Below, in pieces: positions 12,060 to 25,313 of a DNA stretch of 34,684 nt. The stretch's first letter is position 1, and the number at the start of each line of letters is the position of its first letter. A program made the position numbers and the translations under genes. The stretch is from Paraspadella gotoi. Its lineage: Eukaryota; Animalia; Chaetognatha. Location of the stretch: contig JBJCIZ010000239.1 in the NCBI GenBank assembly GCA_051294375.1, positions 3,262,647 to 3,297,330 of the forward strand, in the 5' to 3' direction. The notes beneath the pieces were generated by a model. That model made no database searches. It was not told where the DNA came from and was given only the letters and a program-made list of their open reading frames with translations.

Positions 12060-14158
12060 ACATTACGTCAACTGGCAACTAGGAAATTACTATGGAAGTA
12101 CTACTGCCACTAGACACATAACTACTTTTTTAAAAAATATACAATTTACCACAAAGACTTTTTGACATTGTTTCAACGGTTTTATTACTTACGACTTACA
12201 ACACTGCACGACATACTTTCGAGTCTAACCATTAACCGCTTACTTACACCACGTTGTGACACTACACTGGGATAACTTTTGTGAGTGTACACACGGAAAA
12301 AGACGACGACGACGACGATAACACACGGTTACAGTTTTCCCACACAAAAGACACTTGACGACGACGACTTACGTGGTCACGTGTAACGACGGACAGACTT
12401 TACGTTACGGCTACGATTGATATTACACGTGGGTGAAAAAGAAACGTGAAATTTGGTGAACACGGTGAGACGAGGAGACGACGAGAGACGACGACGACGA
12501 CGACTACGAGACGACGACGACGAGAGACACATAACACATTACATTTGAGCATGGTTAGGTACATTCGGTTAAAAACTTTTTAATATAAACATTGTTATTA
12601 ATACTAATATTGTTACGGTAAGTTTTTCAAAATACAACGCCAATACCCCTGTGTCGGTTCAAGTAACAATTTTAACATATAACAAGTGACTTGGAATTTT
12701 TTAACTTTGTACTTCGTCACTTACTTTGCTGTAGTCACGTCGGTTCGACGTTTATACTTTGTTCTTTTGTCTGGGACACGTTCTGACAGTGTTTACTGAC
12801 GATGTCTGCGTCGTACTTCTACTCTGCTGCTTATTGGCTGGGCTAAACTAGTAACTAAAACACGTTCTGCTTATATAATGTCTTCTCTCATGAATCTGTA
12901 CCGTACTTGCTACAGATTGTTTGATATCACTAGAACTTACTAACTCGACATAACGTTATTTCAAGCTGTTAACTATTCAATAATAGTTTTTCTAGAACTA
13001 GTCCACGTTCTTACAACGATGCGATTCATTAAACCTCATTTTTTTTGCCAGCTACGACAAAAATACGATTTGTAAGACAGATTAGATATTACGAAAAAAG
13101 AAACGACGTCGAACATATATTGACTTACTGACAACAAACAATGACTGTTACTTCTTACTAATTACTTTTTCTGCTTGGCAACGTAGAATCCCACTAGAAC
13201 ACAAAAACGACCACAAACAACAAATGCTTTCAATTAACTAAAATTTATATTTCACTGCTCTTCAATAACGATTTTACTTTTCATACGGACTTTGACGAAT
13301 TTACACACAATTCGTGACTACTTATACGTTATAACTCTTGACTACGACGGTTACAAAACGATTGGTTTTACTCAGAAAACTTGAACACTGACTCATATTG
13401 CACGTTGGGAACGCATGACTTTTACTACTACTATGCTTTACTTCTTTTTTTCACCTACGACAACACTAATACGGCTACAACGACAAACTTTCTGCACGGT
13501 ACTTCTCAACCACTAAAACATATTCACGCCTTTCCGCTCATGACATACTTTTTTTCGAACGGTATTTTATTTTAACGATGTGACTTACTTGTAACCATTG
13601 TCACTTTACTAAAACGCACGTACGACAAATAATAACACAAAATCCGACAAACGGCCACAAACACCTACACGAGACGACGAGGAACACTACAGGAGTCACG
13701 ACGCGGCATTTTACGACTGGTGATTAACTGACTTATTGTAAGCACATGTTGTAACATTTAAAACACGCTCGACGAAAACGTAAATACAAAAAATACGAAA
13801 AGCAACAAACTTAGACGAGACTGTACGAGACGAGACCAACTAGTCAACAGGCGGTACTTTTTGGCGGATCTTTTCGCACCTGAGACCCGCGAACCGGATC
13901 GCCCGTAGTACGACGACAAGGACACGAGGTATCTCGCTCATTTTTCGACGACGGTCACCGACCGGGCGGACTGACCTCTCGACTTGCGACCGCCGACATT
14001 GGCGGTAAGGAGACGTGACGGGATGCGGACATACTGGAGACACGGGAAGCCTTTTTGGTCGTTCGGCGCGGCTCGGTCGATTTGTCCGATCCCAACCCCC
14101 CATGCTCCTCTCTCTTCTCTCTCTCCTCTCTCTCCTTCTTCTGCGCTGTGATTTTATT
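12060..14158. CDS. Mirror-frame gene (complement, left to right), frameshifted; Cys-rich N-terminal part and acidic C-terminus; function unknown
   Basis: A stop-free 102-codon frame at 12541-12846 reads CKLVPIHVSQFLKNYICNNNYDYNNAIQKVLCCGYGDTAKFIVKIVYCSLNLKKLKHEAVNE..., where the supplied track has no ORF. Other fragments are HDDGDLCIDEKIFYMLNGVSEKL, TTNNRPDLIIDFVQDEYITEE, VRQLISYYQKDLDQVQECCYAK, KTVDAVFMLNILSNL and ALVDQLSAMKNRLEKR, ending EEEDATLK*. Boundaries are approximate. Confidence 0.6.
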
Positions 14159-14176
14159 TCGGGGCGTGTTTTATTT
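14154..14176. terminator. Two AATAAA polyadenylation signals in the complement, the first overlapping the TAA stop
   Basis: Complement of 14151-14181 is taaaataaagccccgcacaaaataaagcatg: AATAAA at 14154-14159 and 14171-14176, then an ATG at 14179. Confidence 0.4.
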
Positions 14177-15189
14177 CGTACCGCGGGGAGAACGCACGCG
14201 GACATACTTCCGGGCGAACCTCGGTTAGACGGCGCGCACGGGTGGCCCGAGGAGAGAACGCGAGTCCGCAGTCTTTTAAGCGGGTACGGTGGGGTTTCGT
14301 CGGCACGGGGGACGATAGGGAGGCGACTGCGGACTGACGAGAATACGAGGACGACGACGAGTGGTGACGTAGAGTGGTGAGACGCAAAAACCCTCTGTGT
14401 TGCTATTAAAGAAATTCCAACGAGTTGGGGGGGCGTGGACGACCAACGTGAAAAGAAACATAGGACGAACGGACACATTGTTACAAACACGGGACTACAC
14501 CGACGACGAGACGAGGGACGAGACGACGAATGACGACGAGAGATGAGACGACGACGACGGAAAAGACGAGAGAGAGACACGACGACGAGGGGAAAAGACA
14601 GACGAGATGAGAGAGAGGACGACAACAGGGAACATTACGCGGACGATTTAAGATTCCACACCTTGTCCGCGTACATGGGCTATGATTGGTGAAATATCAG
14701 TTACGTGTGACAGGACGCAACGCGGTATACAAGACAGACGGACCGACCTCCGACCGCGGGACTGGAGGCAAGGAACCGTGACGACGTGACGACGACGACG
14801 ACGACGACGGGACGAGGAGAGATGGGACGACGAGACGACGGACGAGACGGACGAGGACAGGACGGGACGACGGGATCTGTATATTTTGTCTTTAACTTTC
14901 TACTGCGACTGGACTGACGGTGGCGTGACTAACTAACGAGACGGTACGGGTGGAGAACGAACGGTGACGCTGACGTGGGGACAGTTAATTCGGGTCCGCC
15001 TTTTCCTCTGTTCGCGAACATGGCGGGACACACTGGCTGGACGCTGCGGCGGACGGACACAGAACGGATAGCAGTGGATTGATTTCCTTTTTGATGTCCT
15101 CTCATACCTTTCTCGCGCTCCCCCCGCCCTCCCCTGCCTTCTTTCTTACTCAACTACACCGCGACACATGTACATTGACTGTGACACGA

Positions 15190-15600
15190 CTGTACACACG
15201 GATACAGGACACTCGACCGAATGACCGAATGAACGTACGACTTTTTTTTTTTGGTACCGTAAATACAACCTCACACATATATTAAACGCACACTTATAAA
15301 ACGTGTAGTTATTACTTAACGGACACTAATATGTTTTTTCGTGGGACTGTCTAACTGCAGTTTTACATAACAATTTGAAAACCTTTTTTACAACCTTTAA
15401 GACAGGAAACACACGGCAATTTTGACAACCGGACAACCTGAGCTCACTTGTACTTTTTACGACAACTGTTTTAACCACAACATCTTTGAACGACGAAACA
15501 ACTTCGTCACAACACGACACGCGATTCCTCAAACACGACGGAGTGTTACGATCTGGGAAACAACTACGACAGACAAGTTAACTTTCGGGTACTTACGAAA
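15190..15600. CDS. Mirror-frame coding fragment carrying the shared CP...C...KK.AFML motif
   Basis: Complement gives CLCPVSWLTGLLAC, then MAFMLECVYNLRVNILHINNELPVIIQKSTLTD (ATG at 15255), then CIVKLLEKMLEILSFVCR. Confidence 0.45.
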
Positions 15601-16199
15601 CTGATTGGACACGTGGGTACTAATACACGCAACTACACAGGGGGGAACGGACAAAGACAACGAAGAACACAACTATCTCCAAACAACACAACACACGAAA
15701 CGACACATCGGACTTACCATAACTCGACGAAAAAACAAACACGCGCGACACCTGCGGACAAAAAACAAAAAATATTCGGTCGATGGCGAACACGTCACAA
15801 CGCCACAAACAATAGGAACCTTGCGGGGGACAGAAACAAAAAGTGCACACGCTTCGCCCTACTCACGACTTCGCCCACGGGACCGACGCCCGTTGAACTA
15901 TATGGTCATAGTGTATTTTTGCTGTGCACTTTTGTGTGGCGTTGGAGCCCCGGCGCGGCGGGGGTGGGGGTGGGGGGGTTGAACAGGGAACGGGGGACGA
16001 CGACGACGGTTTTTTTTTCGAACTTCAAGGACACCCCCCTCTTTCACTCTTTCCCTCGACGTCCGTACTGTCACGCTTCGGTACTCGGCCTACACAAATT
16101 GAACGAAACGACGGTGGGGGGGGACGTGGGGGGAGGAGGGCCCGGGGGCGAGAGTCGCTACTGGAAACCGGACCGGGAGCGACACTTTGACGACTAGTT

Positions 16200-16455
16200 G
16201 ACGACGAGAGAGAGGACGGGACGGGACGGGGAGAGGGACGGGACGGGACGGGGAGGGAGGGGACGGAGAGAGACGACGACGACCGAGACGACGACGACAC
16301 GACGACGACGACGAAAGACGAGACGACGGACGACGAACGACGAGACGAGGACGACGAGACGACGAGACGACGACGACAAGATACCGCGAACTGGTTTCGA
16401 CACACTGCCTTTTTTTTGTATTTTCTCTCTCCTCTCTCTCTCTCTCTCTCGTCTC

Positions 16456-16490
<35 letters not shown>

Positions 16491-16670
16491 CTCTCTTCTC
16501 TCTTCGTCAACGGCGACACGAACCGAAACTGCTCACAAAACACGTGGATAACAAAGCGGATCGGCCGGATTTTTTTGTCGCCCACCGGGTTGTCTCCTCT
16601 CTCTTCTCTCCTTTCTCCTCTCTCTCTCTCTCTCTCTCGTCTTTCTCTCTCTCTCTCGTCTTCTTCTCTG
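16200..16670. repeat. Mirror-frame low-complexity coding region: Pro/Ala repeats followed by two Glu-rich tracts
   Basis: Complement shows (cctgcc/cctgct/gct)n at 16200-16378 and GAG/GAA-like runs at about 16424-16503 and 16592-16668. Confidence 0.6.
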
Positions 16671-17244
16671 CGTCTTACTCGCGCCACCATTTACGTGTTT
16701 AGACAGGGAAAAACAATATTTTACACCACTTTGAACACGCACGAAAATCGGACACTCAATCGACACATGTCGTGATCGACACAGGCGACCGACAACGGAC
16801 TCGACGACACAACACTCACACGAGGTCGATCGGTCGACCGGTTTTTTTTTTTTTTCAGTGACGACATTAAAGACACAATAATCACGCGACTGATTCGGAC
16901 CTGCACGAGACGACGGTTCTCTTGGGTCCGAAAATACACCCCCTACCTTCCTACCCCCCTCTCTTTCTCTCCCCCCCCTGTTAGTTAGTCCCTGGTCCGA
17001 CGGGCTAATGTTTTGGTACGCCACAAGGGCGTGTGGGCCCTCGACGCCATGACACGGACCGACACACTCGTAAGGCACGTTACGAACACCAGTTAACTGG
17101 TTGGAAACACAAAACAACGAACGAACAGACGACTATTCAGGGACACAGAAAGAACAGACGACACTCGACGGCCGTGACCATGAACCTTGACTTCCCATGG
17201 ACACGGCGTTTCTCGCCGCCCGTCTCCCGCCCGAACACGATGAA

Positions 17245-17780
17245 CGACGACGACGAGAACGACGAGACGAGAGACGACGAGACGTACGACGAGACGACGG
17301 AGAGAGAGACTGACGACGAGAGGACGGGACGAAGAACATAACGCCATCCATATCGAGGATTGGACCTACAACACGGAGACACAGATAGACACTTTACGCA
17401 ACTCGTCCCGAGGCCGGGAACCGACAACTAACTACGACGACGACGAGAGACGAAAAGACGAGACGACGGAGAGAGAGAGACGACGACACGAGACGAGAGA
17501 CGGAGAGAGATGAGACGACGAGAAGACGACGACGACGAGGACAAAGACGAGACGAGACGAACGTAGACGAGACGATAGAAACGACAACGACAGAACACGA
17601 ACAGACACACGAAACGAAAACGAACGAAAGAAAGAAAGAACAGACACAGAAACGAACAAGAAAGCAAGAACAGACACGAAACGAAACGACAACGACAAGA
17701 ACAACAAAGAAACGAACAGGACGACGAACCGTACTATAGAACGACTAAGAAAGAATAGAAACAAGACGACAGAACACGAC
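17245..17780. repeat. Mirror-frame low-complexity tract (GCT/CCT/TCT/GTT-like triplets; Ala/Pro/Ser/Val-rich)
   Basis: Deposited gacgagacgacg...acgaaac; the complement is almost entirely C/T/G triplet repeats. Confidence 0.6.
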
Positions 17781-18502
17781 CCAAATGAAAACACAGAAAA
17801 CGGCCACTACTGGATTTTTTTTCTACACGGCTTTTTACTTTCTTCTTGGAACAAACAGGAACTTGTCCGTGGCCACTGGACAAATAATTGTCTTTTTTCG
17901 CACTTTTTTTTTTTCGCACACCCGAACACAGGCGTTAACAACTCTTTTTTTGTCGCCTAAACACTTTCCACTTCTTTGCGGGACGACAAAACGACGACCG
18001 AACGTTTTACAGCTCGAGGGCGACTTTTCCGGCGCACTCAGCCCCGCTGGTGAGGGACCCACAAAACACCAACCTACACAGCGGCAACACAAGTATTCTT
18101 TTTTTTTTTTGGCGTGGACAACACGGACCCGACACTTGAATTCGAACACACTAACACATCTTTTTTAATGGGGGGAACTACCAACTGGCCGACATTTACA
18201 CCTTTTCACACGGCTTTTGTTAATGTTTTAAGTAATACTAATTTTCACTATCCCCCTTACACACTACTACACTACGGCACACTACAAAACGTACTGTCAA
18301 CAAAGTAACACTTTTTTAAACACAACACCTTTATTACATATGTTGGTTCAATCGTCAACTTTACGACTGTCGAAACACTGGAACGCAACCCTACTTTTTC
18401 TCCCCCCACATTTCATCCCTGTCTTACATATTTACACGCGGAAGAACGCTAACACTTCACGAAAGAAGATTGTTAACATTTACTTCTACCTATTTATCCG
18501 TT

Positions 18503-18742
18503 TACTATCTAGACCTGACGTACGTTGTAAGTACCCTCTTCGACGGCACACATGACACGTTTAATTGCGCACGACCACTACGATGACCGAGTGTCACGAC
18601 AGAACGGGACACCCAGTAACACGGAATGGTACAACAACACAAAACGGTAAAACCTGACAACCAGTTTCCGTACGACGACAATGAAATATCGACGACAACG
18701 AACTACACGCAAGACCTGTACAACGAACATTTTAACGACATC
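18503..18742. CDS. Mirror-frame RING-finger-like (C3HC4-type) domain, putative E3 ubiquitin ligase
   Basis: Complement ORF from ATG 18503 to TAG 18742 begins MIDLDCMQHSWEKLPCVLCKLTRAGDATG and later has CLMC (18698-18709). Shifted frames supply LPCG-H (18603-18618) and ILDCWSKA (from 18648). The order CxxC...PCGH...W...CxxC matches the RING consensus, but frameshifts are needed and the middle CxxC is unclear. Confidence 0.5.
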
Positions 18743-19534
18743 ACTGCCTTGTGCGACACACTTACGGCACTTTCTTCCACGCGCTTCTCTCCGGCATACC
18801 ACCCTAGTTAAACTGGACGCGCGACCAGGAACGTCAAACACCTAGGGAAAAAAAACTTAGTTCCTCGTCATGTTTTATTTCACTAACTCGTATGTGAGTC
18901 GTACACTGTTCCGTTTCACACAACTATGAATACTACAAAAAAATCGTTGTTAAACTTCATCTCTTCTTCAAACCTCTTCAACTTTGTTTACTACAACCGA
19001 CACTTCACAAACTGTTAATTCGTCTCTCTTTGCTGATCTGGCTTAACTCCAACAGACTACGTGAATATTTTTTTTAACTGCTGTTACGGGCGAACGACTT
19101 CTTCAACTCAACTCAGTTGTGCCTTACCAAACCATCTAACATATTTTCCTAAACAATTTTTTGTTTACCGCGACAGACAAAAAAACAATTCCAACAAAAA
19201 AAAAAAACAAAAGGCAACGAACGATAAATACGTGCTTAAACTGTTCTCACCTGTGGGCGTGGCGGGTTGATGCTCGACACACACAACGACACACATTCTC
19301 TTTCTTTCCGGGACCGGACAACCACATTACAACGCACCGGACGATCATTACACACTACTTTGATCGTTGACATTCTCGCCGAGGACTTTCGGGAACTTGA
19401 CCGGGAGCACATCCCTTACCGAATCCGTTTCACGACAGGGGGTTTCCACACTGCTACCAATACGACGATTCCCACTTGACGCCCACCTACCCGCCGTTCT
19501 CTCCTCCCTGGCTCATCGACAACACGTTGAAGGA

Positions 19535-19660
19535 GAGACGTGAGAGACGAGACGACGGACGAGAGGACGACGAGAGACGAGATGAGAGAACGAGAGACGA
19601 CGAGGGACAGAGAGAGGCGAGAAGACGACGAGGACGAGACGACGAAAGCGACGAGACGAC
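19535..19660. repeat. Degenerate (GAC/GAG) tract = Ala/Pro/Ser-like repeat in the complement
   Basis: Direct reading and complementation. Confidence 0.6.
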
Positions 19661-22600
19661 GGACCGCCGTCCTGGTCAACGCCGGGACAGCCTCCGACCT
19701 GGCAATACGTTTCATTTTTACTTCACGGAATCGCGTGGGCACAAAAAAAGACCATTTGTGAACTGACAACACCGAAGGGAAACTAAAACACACCCTCGGA
19801 CGTTTACTTATCCTCACAACTCTGACCGACTTACAATATCTCTTCGACGGTCCCGGGACTCAATGCATCCGGACTGGGAAACTAGCACTGTCCGGAAATT
19901 TGAAACTAAACTACTCCGCAAGAAGCTACGTTGATAGACAACCGAGGTGGTCATTTACACTTTTCTCTGGAAACATTTATATTGTACGCCACTAACCGAC
20001 TGTCGCCGGATTGGGCAAAGACTTTTGTTTGGTTACACTGAATACACATTTTACGTAAATCCACAATGACTGTGTCCTAACATGAACAGGATTTATCTTT
20101 GACATTAACGTCAACTCTTTTGAAACGCCACGTCAACTGCGCACGTTGCCCTCTACGATCACCGTTCGTTCTGCCATCGAAACTATGCCTTACTACTGTG
20201 ACTTCTCAACTTCACCTTCCTTAACTTTTTTTTTTTTTTCTGGTTTCACACAGTTTAATAACAACTATTGCAACTGACCCGTTAGACAGACGGACATTTA
20301 ACACAACACAACACTAACTTTTACTTTTTTTTTCATGTTCTCGCCACGAGGGGATTCATCATCCAACAATAGACTTTGTTTAACTAACTTAATAACCTTT
20401 GGTAAATTTTACTTTCGCCGACCCGGGGTTTTGGCGTCTTTTGACACAAGACTTAAAATACTTACTTAACAAAACAAAAACACAACAATTAATACGTACA
20501 TTACCACCCGCCGCTGTTATACACCCTAGGCTAACCGATCCTAACACCCCTAACCCGGTTTGGCGACAAGGGTAAAATTTTATACTTTTTTAACAACACG
20601 ACACAAGAACCAACGAGCACTCTTAAAACACGACGAAAAAACAAACACGACTTGTCAACACACCGCCCGATCAAACTCCCACACATGGCGGCGACGGACC
20701 AAAGGAACACGAACGGGTTTTTGTTCTCCAACAACAATCGAGATCTTGATTTACATGCCAACAAATCGACTTAACGCCGACACGCGGCGGCAGGGGCGAC
20801 CATGAACGACGACTGGCGGCCGATCTGGCTAACGTATCCTTGGTCGGGGTTATCGCTCTCTTGTACCATCTTTTTTGGGGCAACACGATATTTTTTTTTT
20901 TTTCCCTCTCGAGTCAGGAACACGCTTAAACACCTGACGGCTCACAATTCCCTGACACGGTACATCACACTTATACGACGTCGGGTTCACATCACACGAC
21001 TTGGTACGACATCAACGACGGACCACTTACCTCTGTTGACTAAACTCTCCTGTTGTTTCATTATATGACATTTATTTTTTTTACTTTTCTACTACATAAA
21101 TACTCAACACCTCCTAACGTACTATCTCGTTTTATTACTTATACAAAACAAGAACTTGCACCACCGAACTCGGGGCCAGTCACCCTTCAAGTTCAAACTC
21201 TTACTTTTTTTCCCCTCCGACTTTTTTTTCTTCTGGACGGATCGACGTCAGCCCCCACAACGATCATTCACTTCTGGTTCAAAAAAACCGGTCGCTCACT
21301 CCGGACGCGGGAGCCCTCTTGTCCACGAGCACAAACTGACTAATTTTACCAACGCGTACGCACACGAGTTCATAAGGCACAATACTTACGGCAAGGGACT
21401 TCGGACGCGTTTTAAATTTCTCTGGCGACAAAGACCGACGCACGGCCACTACTCAACACAATGTTAACATGAACATTACTTCCGTCGACACTTGCACAAA
21501 CTCACTCCCGGTTTCAATCACACTCGTGGTTCTGTTTTTTTTCGACGGAAACTCCGGTTGTTGGAGACTGGTTTCCGATCGACGACTTTCGTCTTACAGC
21601 TGAATCCTACGAACGGTTATACATTTTACTACATCGCGTGCGCGACGACGTTCGCTTTTCACGCGCTCGACTCGTGACACTTTCTTCAAACGCCTCAAGC
21701 GGGGAACCAACTCGACTCGATTTTCCCGCGAGCGCACGCATCTGACTTTTTGTTTTCGAAACAGAACATAACCATGACGCACTCAACGAAAAACTTTTTC
21801 GAACACGACTTCAACAGTACGGAACGAGGAGCACGCACTTCACCGAACTTTTTCCTCGTGGGTCACAAACTCCGAAACTACCATCGACGCATTCAAAAAA
21901 AATTTGCATGCGACTTCAACACGATAACTTTCGTTACATCGTGGGCCACTTTTGGCCTACTCACTTTTTTTTTTTTCGGGGTCCTACCTCGGCGATTAAA
22001 AACAAAAAAACAAAAAAAAAGAAAAAGAAAAACTTTCTGAGTACCTCTTTTCTTCGTCAACCCCCACAACCAAAATCAGCGGCCGCTAACGACCAACTCT
22101 CCAACCGCTACATCCTAACCCTACTTTTTCAAGGACGACGGATCACGACTTACCCCCATTTAAACACACCCAGCAGCAGCGCCTTACCCTTCTTTAATCC
22201 GGGCCTCCTTTCCGATCGTTTTGTCACACTGACATCTCTCCTACCGACGTCACGTCCGCCCGTCCGTCCCCCACGACGTGCCGACTCTTCATTCCCCGTC
22301 GCGAGATCAACGACGGACCGAGGCGAACTTCTTCTTCTCGCGTCCCGGGCCCGGGGGGGGGGTGTGGACCAACGAGACTTAATTTTTTTTTTTTACAAAC
22401 TTTTTTTCTCGGCCACAAAACGAGGAAGGTTATTTCTTAACTTTCCAGCCACTATTGGACACTGTACTTTGAGGAATCAAAAAACATACGGACAGATACA
22501 CCTATCTTTCATTTTATCGCATCATTGGATCGTTCTAACTGTCTATATGCCCGGACACAGACTTAACAAAAGGAAACACCGATACACTCGTGACGTTTGG

Positions 22601-23329
22601 GTTCGTTACGGGCACGCTACTCTTTACGACACCACGTTTTGGGCTTTACAACGGGGACACTGCGGGGGGACATGAATAACGGACATTACTGCACACGGCA
22701 CGGGGTTGCCTGCGAATGCCCCATTTGGGACTAGGGCACTCTCACTGTTGGCTTTGGGGGGCTTCCGACCCTCAGTGAACGCATCCATCACTGCGGCGGT
22801 TACCCTAAGGACGGTCTCCTTTGCCAACCGGACGACGGGAACGCCGTAGGACTGTGGAACTGGAACCAACGCCTGGGACTGGCGTGTTCCCCCTTTGAGT
22901 CAACTGGGGTATTGGCTGGAACCGACTGGTGGGGGGGGAAGGTGAGGCACGTGTGACTATACCCGGCCCACACACATAACGTTTACACTTGACGCACGTT
23001 TGACACACGGACGTCGGGCGACTGGCGACGTCCTGATCAAAGTCTTTCCTGTCGGTTCGCTGTCGGGTTTCACCTCCACTCCTCAATGTTCACACCCTTT
23101 CGACTCTCGCCACAGACCGCGACATTCACACCGGCGACACCTTTGCCCATCCCATCCTCGTCCCTCGGCGGCGCAAGTGACGGTGGGGACTTGAAAAAAA
23201 GATAAACTAACGGACGACGGATACATTTGGACTGTAATTGTTACTTTTAAAATATGTCACTAATTTAACGAACCACTTCGTTTTCAACATACACTTTTAT
23301 TTCACTTCGCACATAAACGTTCACACTTT

Positions 23330-24960
23330 TTTTCCATTCGAAATCCCACGTTCGCAACAGTTCGCGCTCGAGGCCGCTCGTCCACTGACTCGGCACATCG
23401 TCCGCGACCGTCGTCCGCACAGACAAGTGCGCGGTTCTGAACAGGCGTGACTCCGTCCGTCGTCCGTACCGTTCCCGGGGTCCGGACTATACTCTCGCAT
23501 CCTCCCACCGAACGACTGAAGACCGAGTTGGAACTCTCCCCACGGTTGGGTATCGGAGAACCCTTCGGACGCGGACTACTGGTTTGACTTAGGTTTACTG
23601 ATATTATATAGTCTGAAGGTGCAACCACATACTAAAACATTATTCCCATTCATGTTATAAACTACGCCATCTTGGCCTCTACACCTTTGGACACGGGTTT
23701 GGTGGTTTAAGGCCTTCACCACCTTCTTAACACAGACTACAGACATACGGCAGGTCCCTGCACACGCTTTCAATTCACAGACCTCTCTCTGTCCTCGGTT
23801 TATCACTCCAGACTTCCTGCTGGCTTCTCTCAACTGACAGTGGTATAAACTTTTAACAGACAATGTTTTCACATTGTATGAACAACGTATTGACATCGTG
23901 ATACTACTATAAGTAAGAGTTTATTTTAATACAACAACTACAGCGGCAACGTCGGTTAACCACTTTTCAATCTCTTCCCAACATCCCGCCCATCTTCGCC
24001 ACGCCAACACGGCCACATGCACACTCCCTCTCGTCGGAGCTCATCCCGCACCCACCGCGCCGGCACTTGCTTCTTCCCTTCACCCGTCGTCCACAGAAGG
24101 CCTCTTGCTCGGTTTCGACGTCGGGGGCTTTCTTCCGACCTACCGGGGCATCGGCGACAGGCCCTCGTTCGCCATCTTATCGGACTCGACGGGCGTCAAA
24201 CGGGGGGGCCTGTGCCGCCTCTGCGCCAGCCACGTCTTGAAGGGACCGCCCCCCTTTTCGGGTGACGAAGGGGGAAGACACACATACATTGTACTTACCA
24301 TAAAAAAATAACTTGCGTCGTTTATTTATTACACTCTTCGATACGACACACGTTAAACACACGACATTTTTCCCCCGAACTTTACATTCGTAACTTCTTT
24401 TAACTTGGACAATTCTGGAACCATATCGGGGCGACCACTTAATTTTTTATTACAACAAGTTACGAACACGGGGATTTGGTCGACCAGTTACTCAAGACAA
24501 TTTGAGTCCACACCATTAATCCTAACTCAACCGCCACATTTCCCCATTTCCCCCCCCCACGGCCTTTACCCTTAATGTTACACACCACGCCAAGAACGTC
24601 CGCCTTAGATTCCACACCGCTCCGTCGGACTGGCGGCCCCCTCTTCCGGTCCCGACCCTTCACTACGATTCCTCTGCGCCTTTGGGCGAGTAACCTGGCC
24701 TTACTTCCACCGGTCACCCAAACCGCCGGACGTATAACACGAACCGCAATGCACGGTACATTGTGGGTAGAAACAAGTTCGGACACACGAACATGTTGAC
24801 CTTTTCGTTTATTCCGTCTTTCCCCACCGCCACCCTCGCCAAAAGTTGATCCAACCGACGGGGCCGGCACCGACACGGACTCAAACTCACGAGCGACCGA
24901 CTAACGGTTACAACTACCGATAACACCGGCGCCACAAAGGGGTTCTTTCAGCGACGTACA
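23330..24960. CDS. Probable oppositely oriented gene in the mirror block (deposited strand read right to left without complementing); function unknown
   Basis: Reverse reading gives a 155-codon stop-free frame (24306 to 23842). Fragments include KFCTDRVSAVSGGANCGQLRLFYRLLPDSGYGAIQPSFGGCSFG (strongly C-ending codons), HPFLPYLLFQLYKHTGLNKDGCYMARNAKH, DGIQTSDTILPPLPEFGGLGTGFHISGSTASNIVLTLITKSYTNVEV and GFSLVIRRRLPKRLWVGTPLKVEPEVSKPPSY. Confidence 0.4.
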
Positions 24961-25313
24961 TATTAACAAATACTTGAACGTTAACATCGTTTGACAATAA
25001 CGATTCCATTTCTTACGTCAACTAACGACGTTCCGTTTGTTTTTTTTCTGGTACACTCCCAGGGGGCTCTTGGCTCGACACACACTGCGACGTGAACAGA
25101 CGCTTACTGGCGGAGACCGGCTTGGACGCTTTTAACCGAACAACTAACTCAATGACTGGGTCGGACTCAATGAAACCAAACCGCACACCGGTCCCCACTT
25201 TTTGTTTTTTTTTATTTTTTTTTTACTTTTGCGTTTCCCTCCCTCATTTTTTTCATTCACACATTACAAAACTACGAACACGTTTATTACAAATTATACA
25301 AACACAATTACAA

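Noticed and set aside
20528-20557. CTAACC/CCTAAC words resembling telomeric repeats
   Set aside because: Only three scattered imperfect units, and they lie inside mirror DNA, where the true sequence is GATTGG-like.
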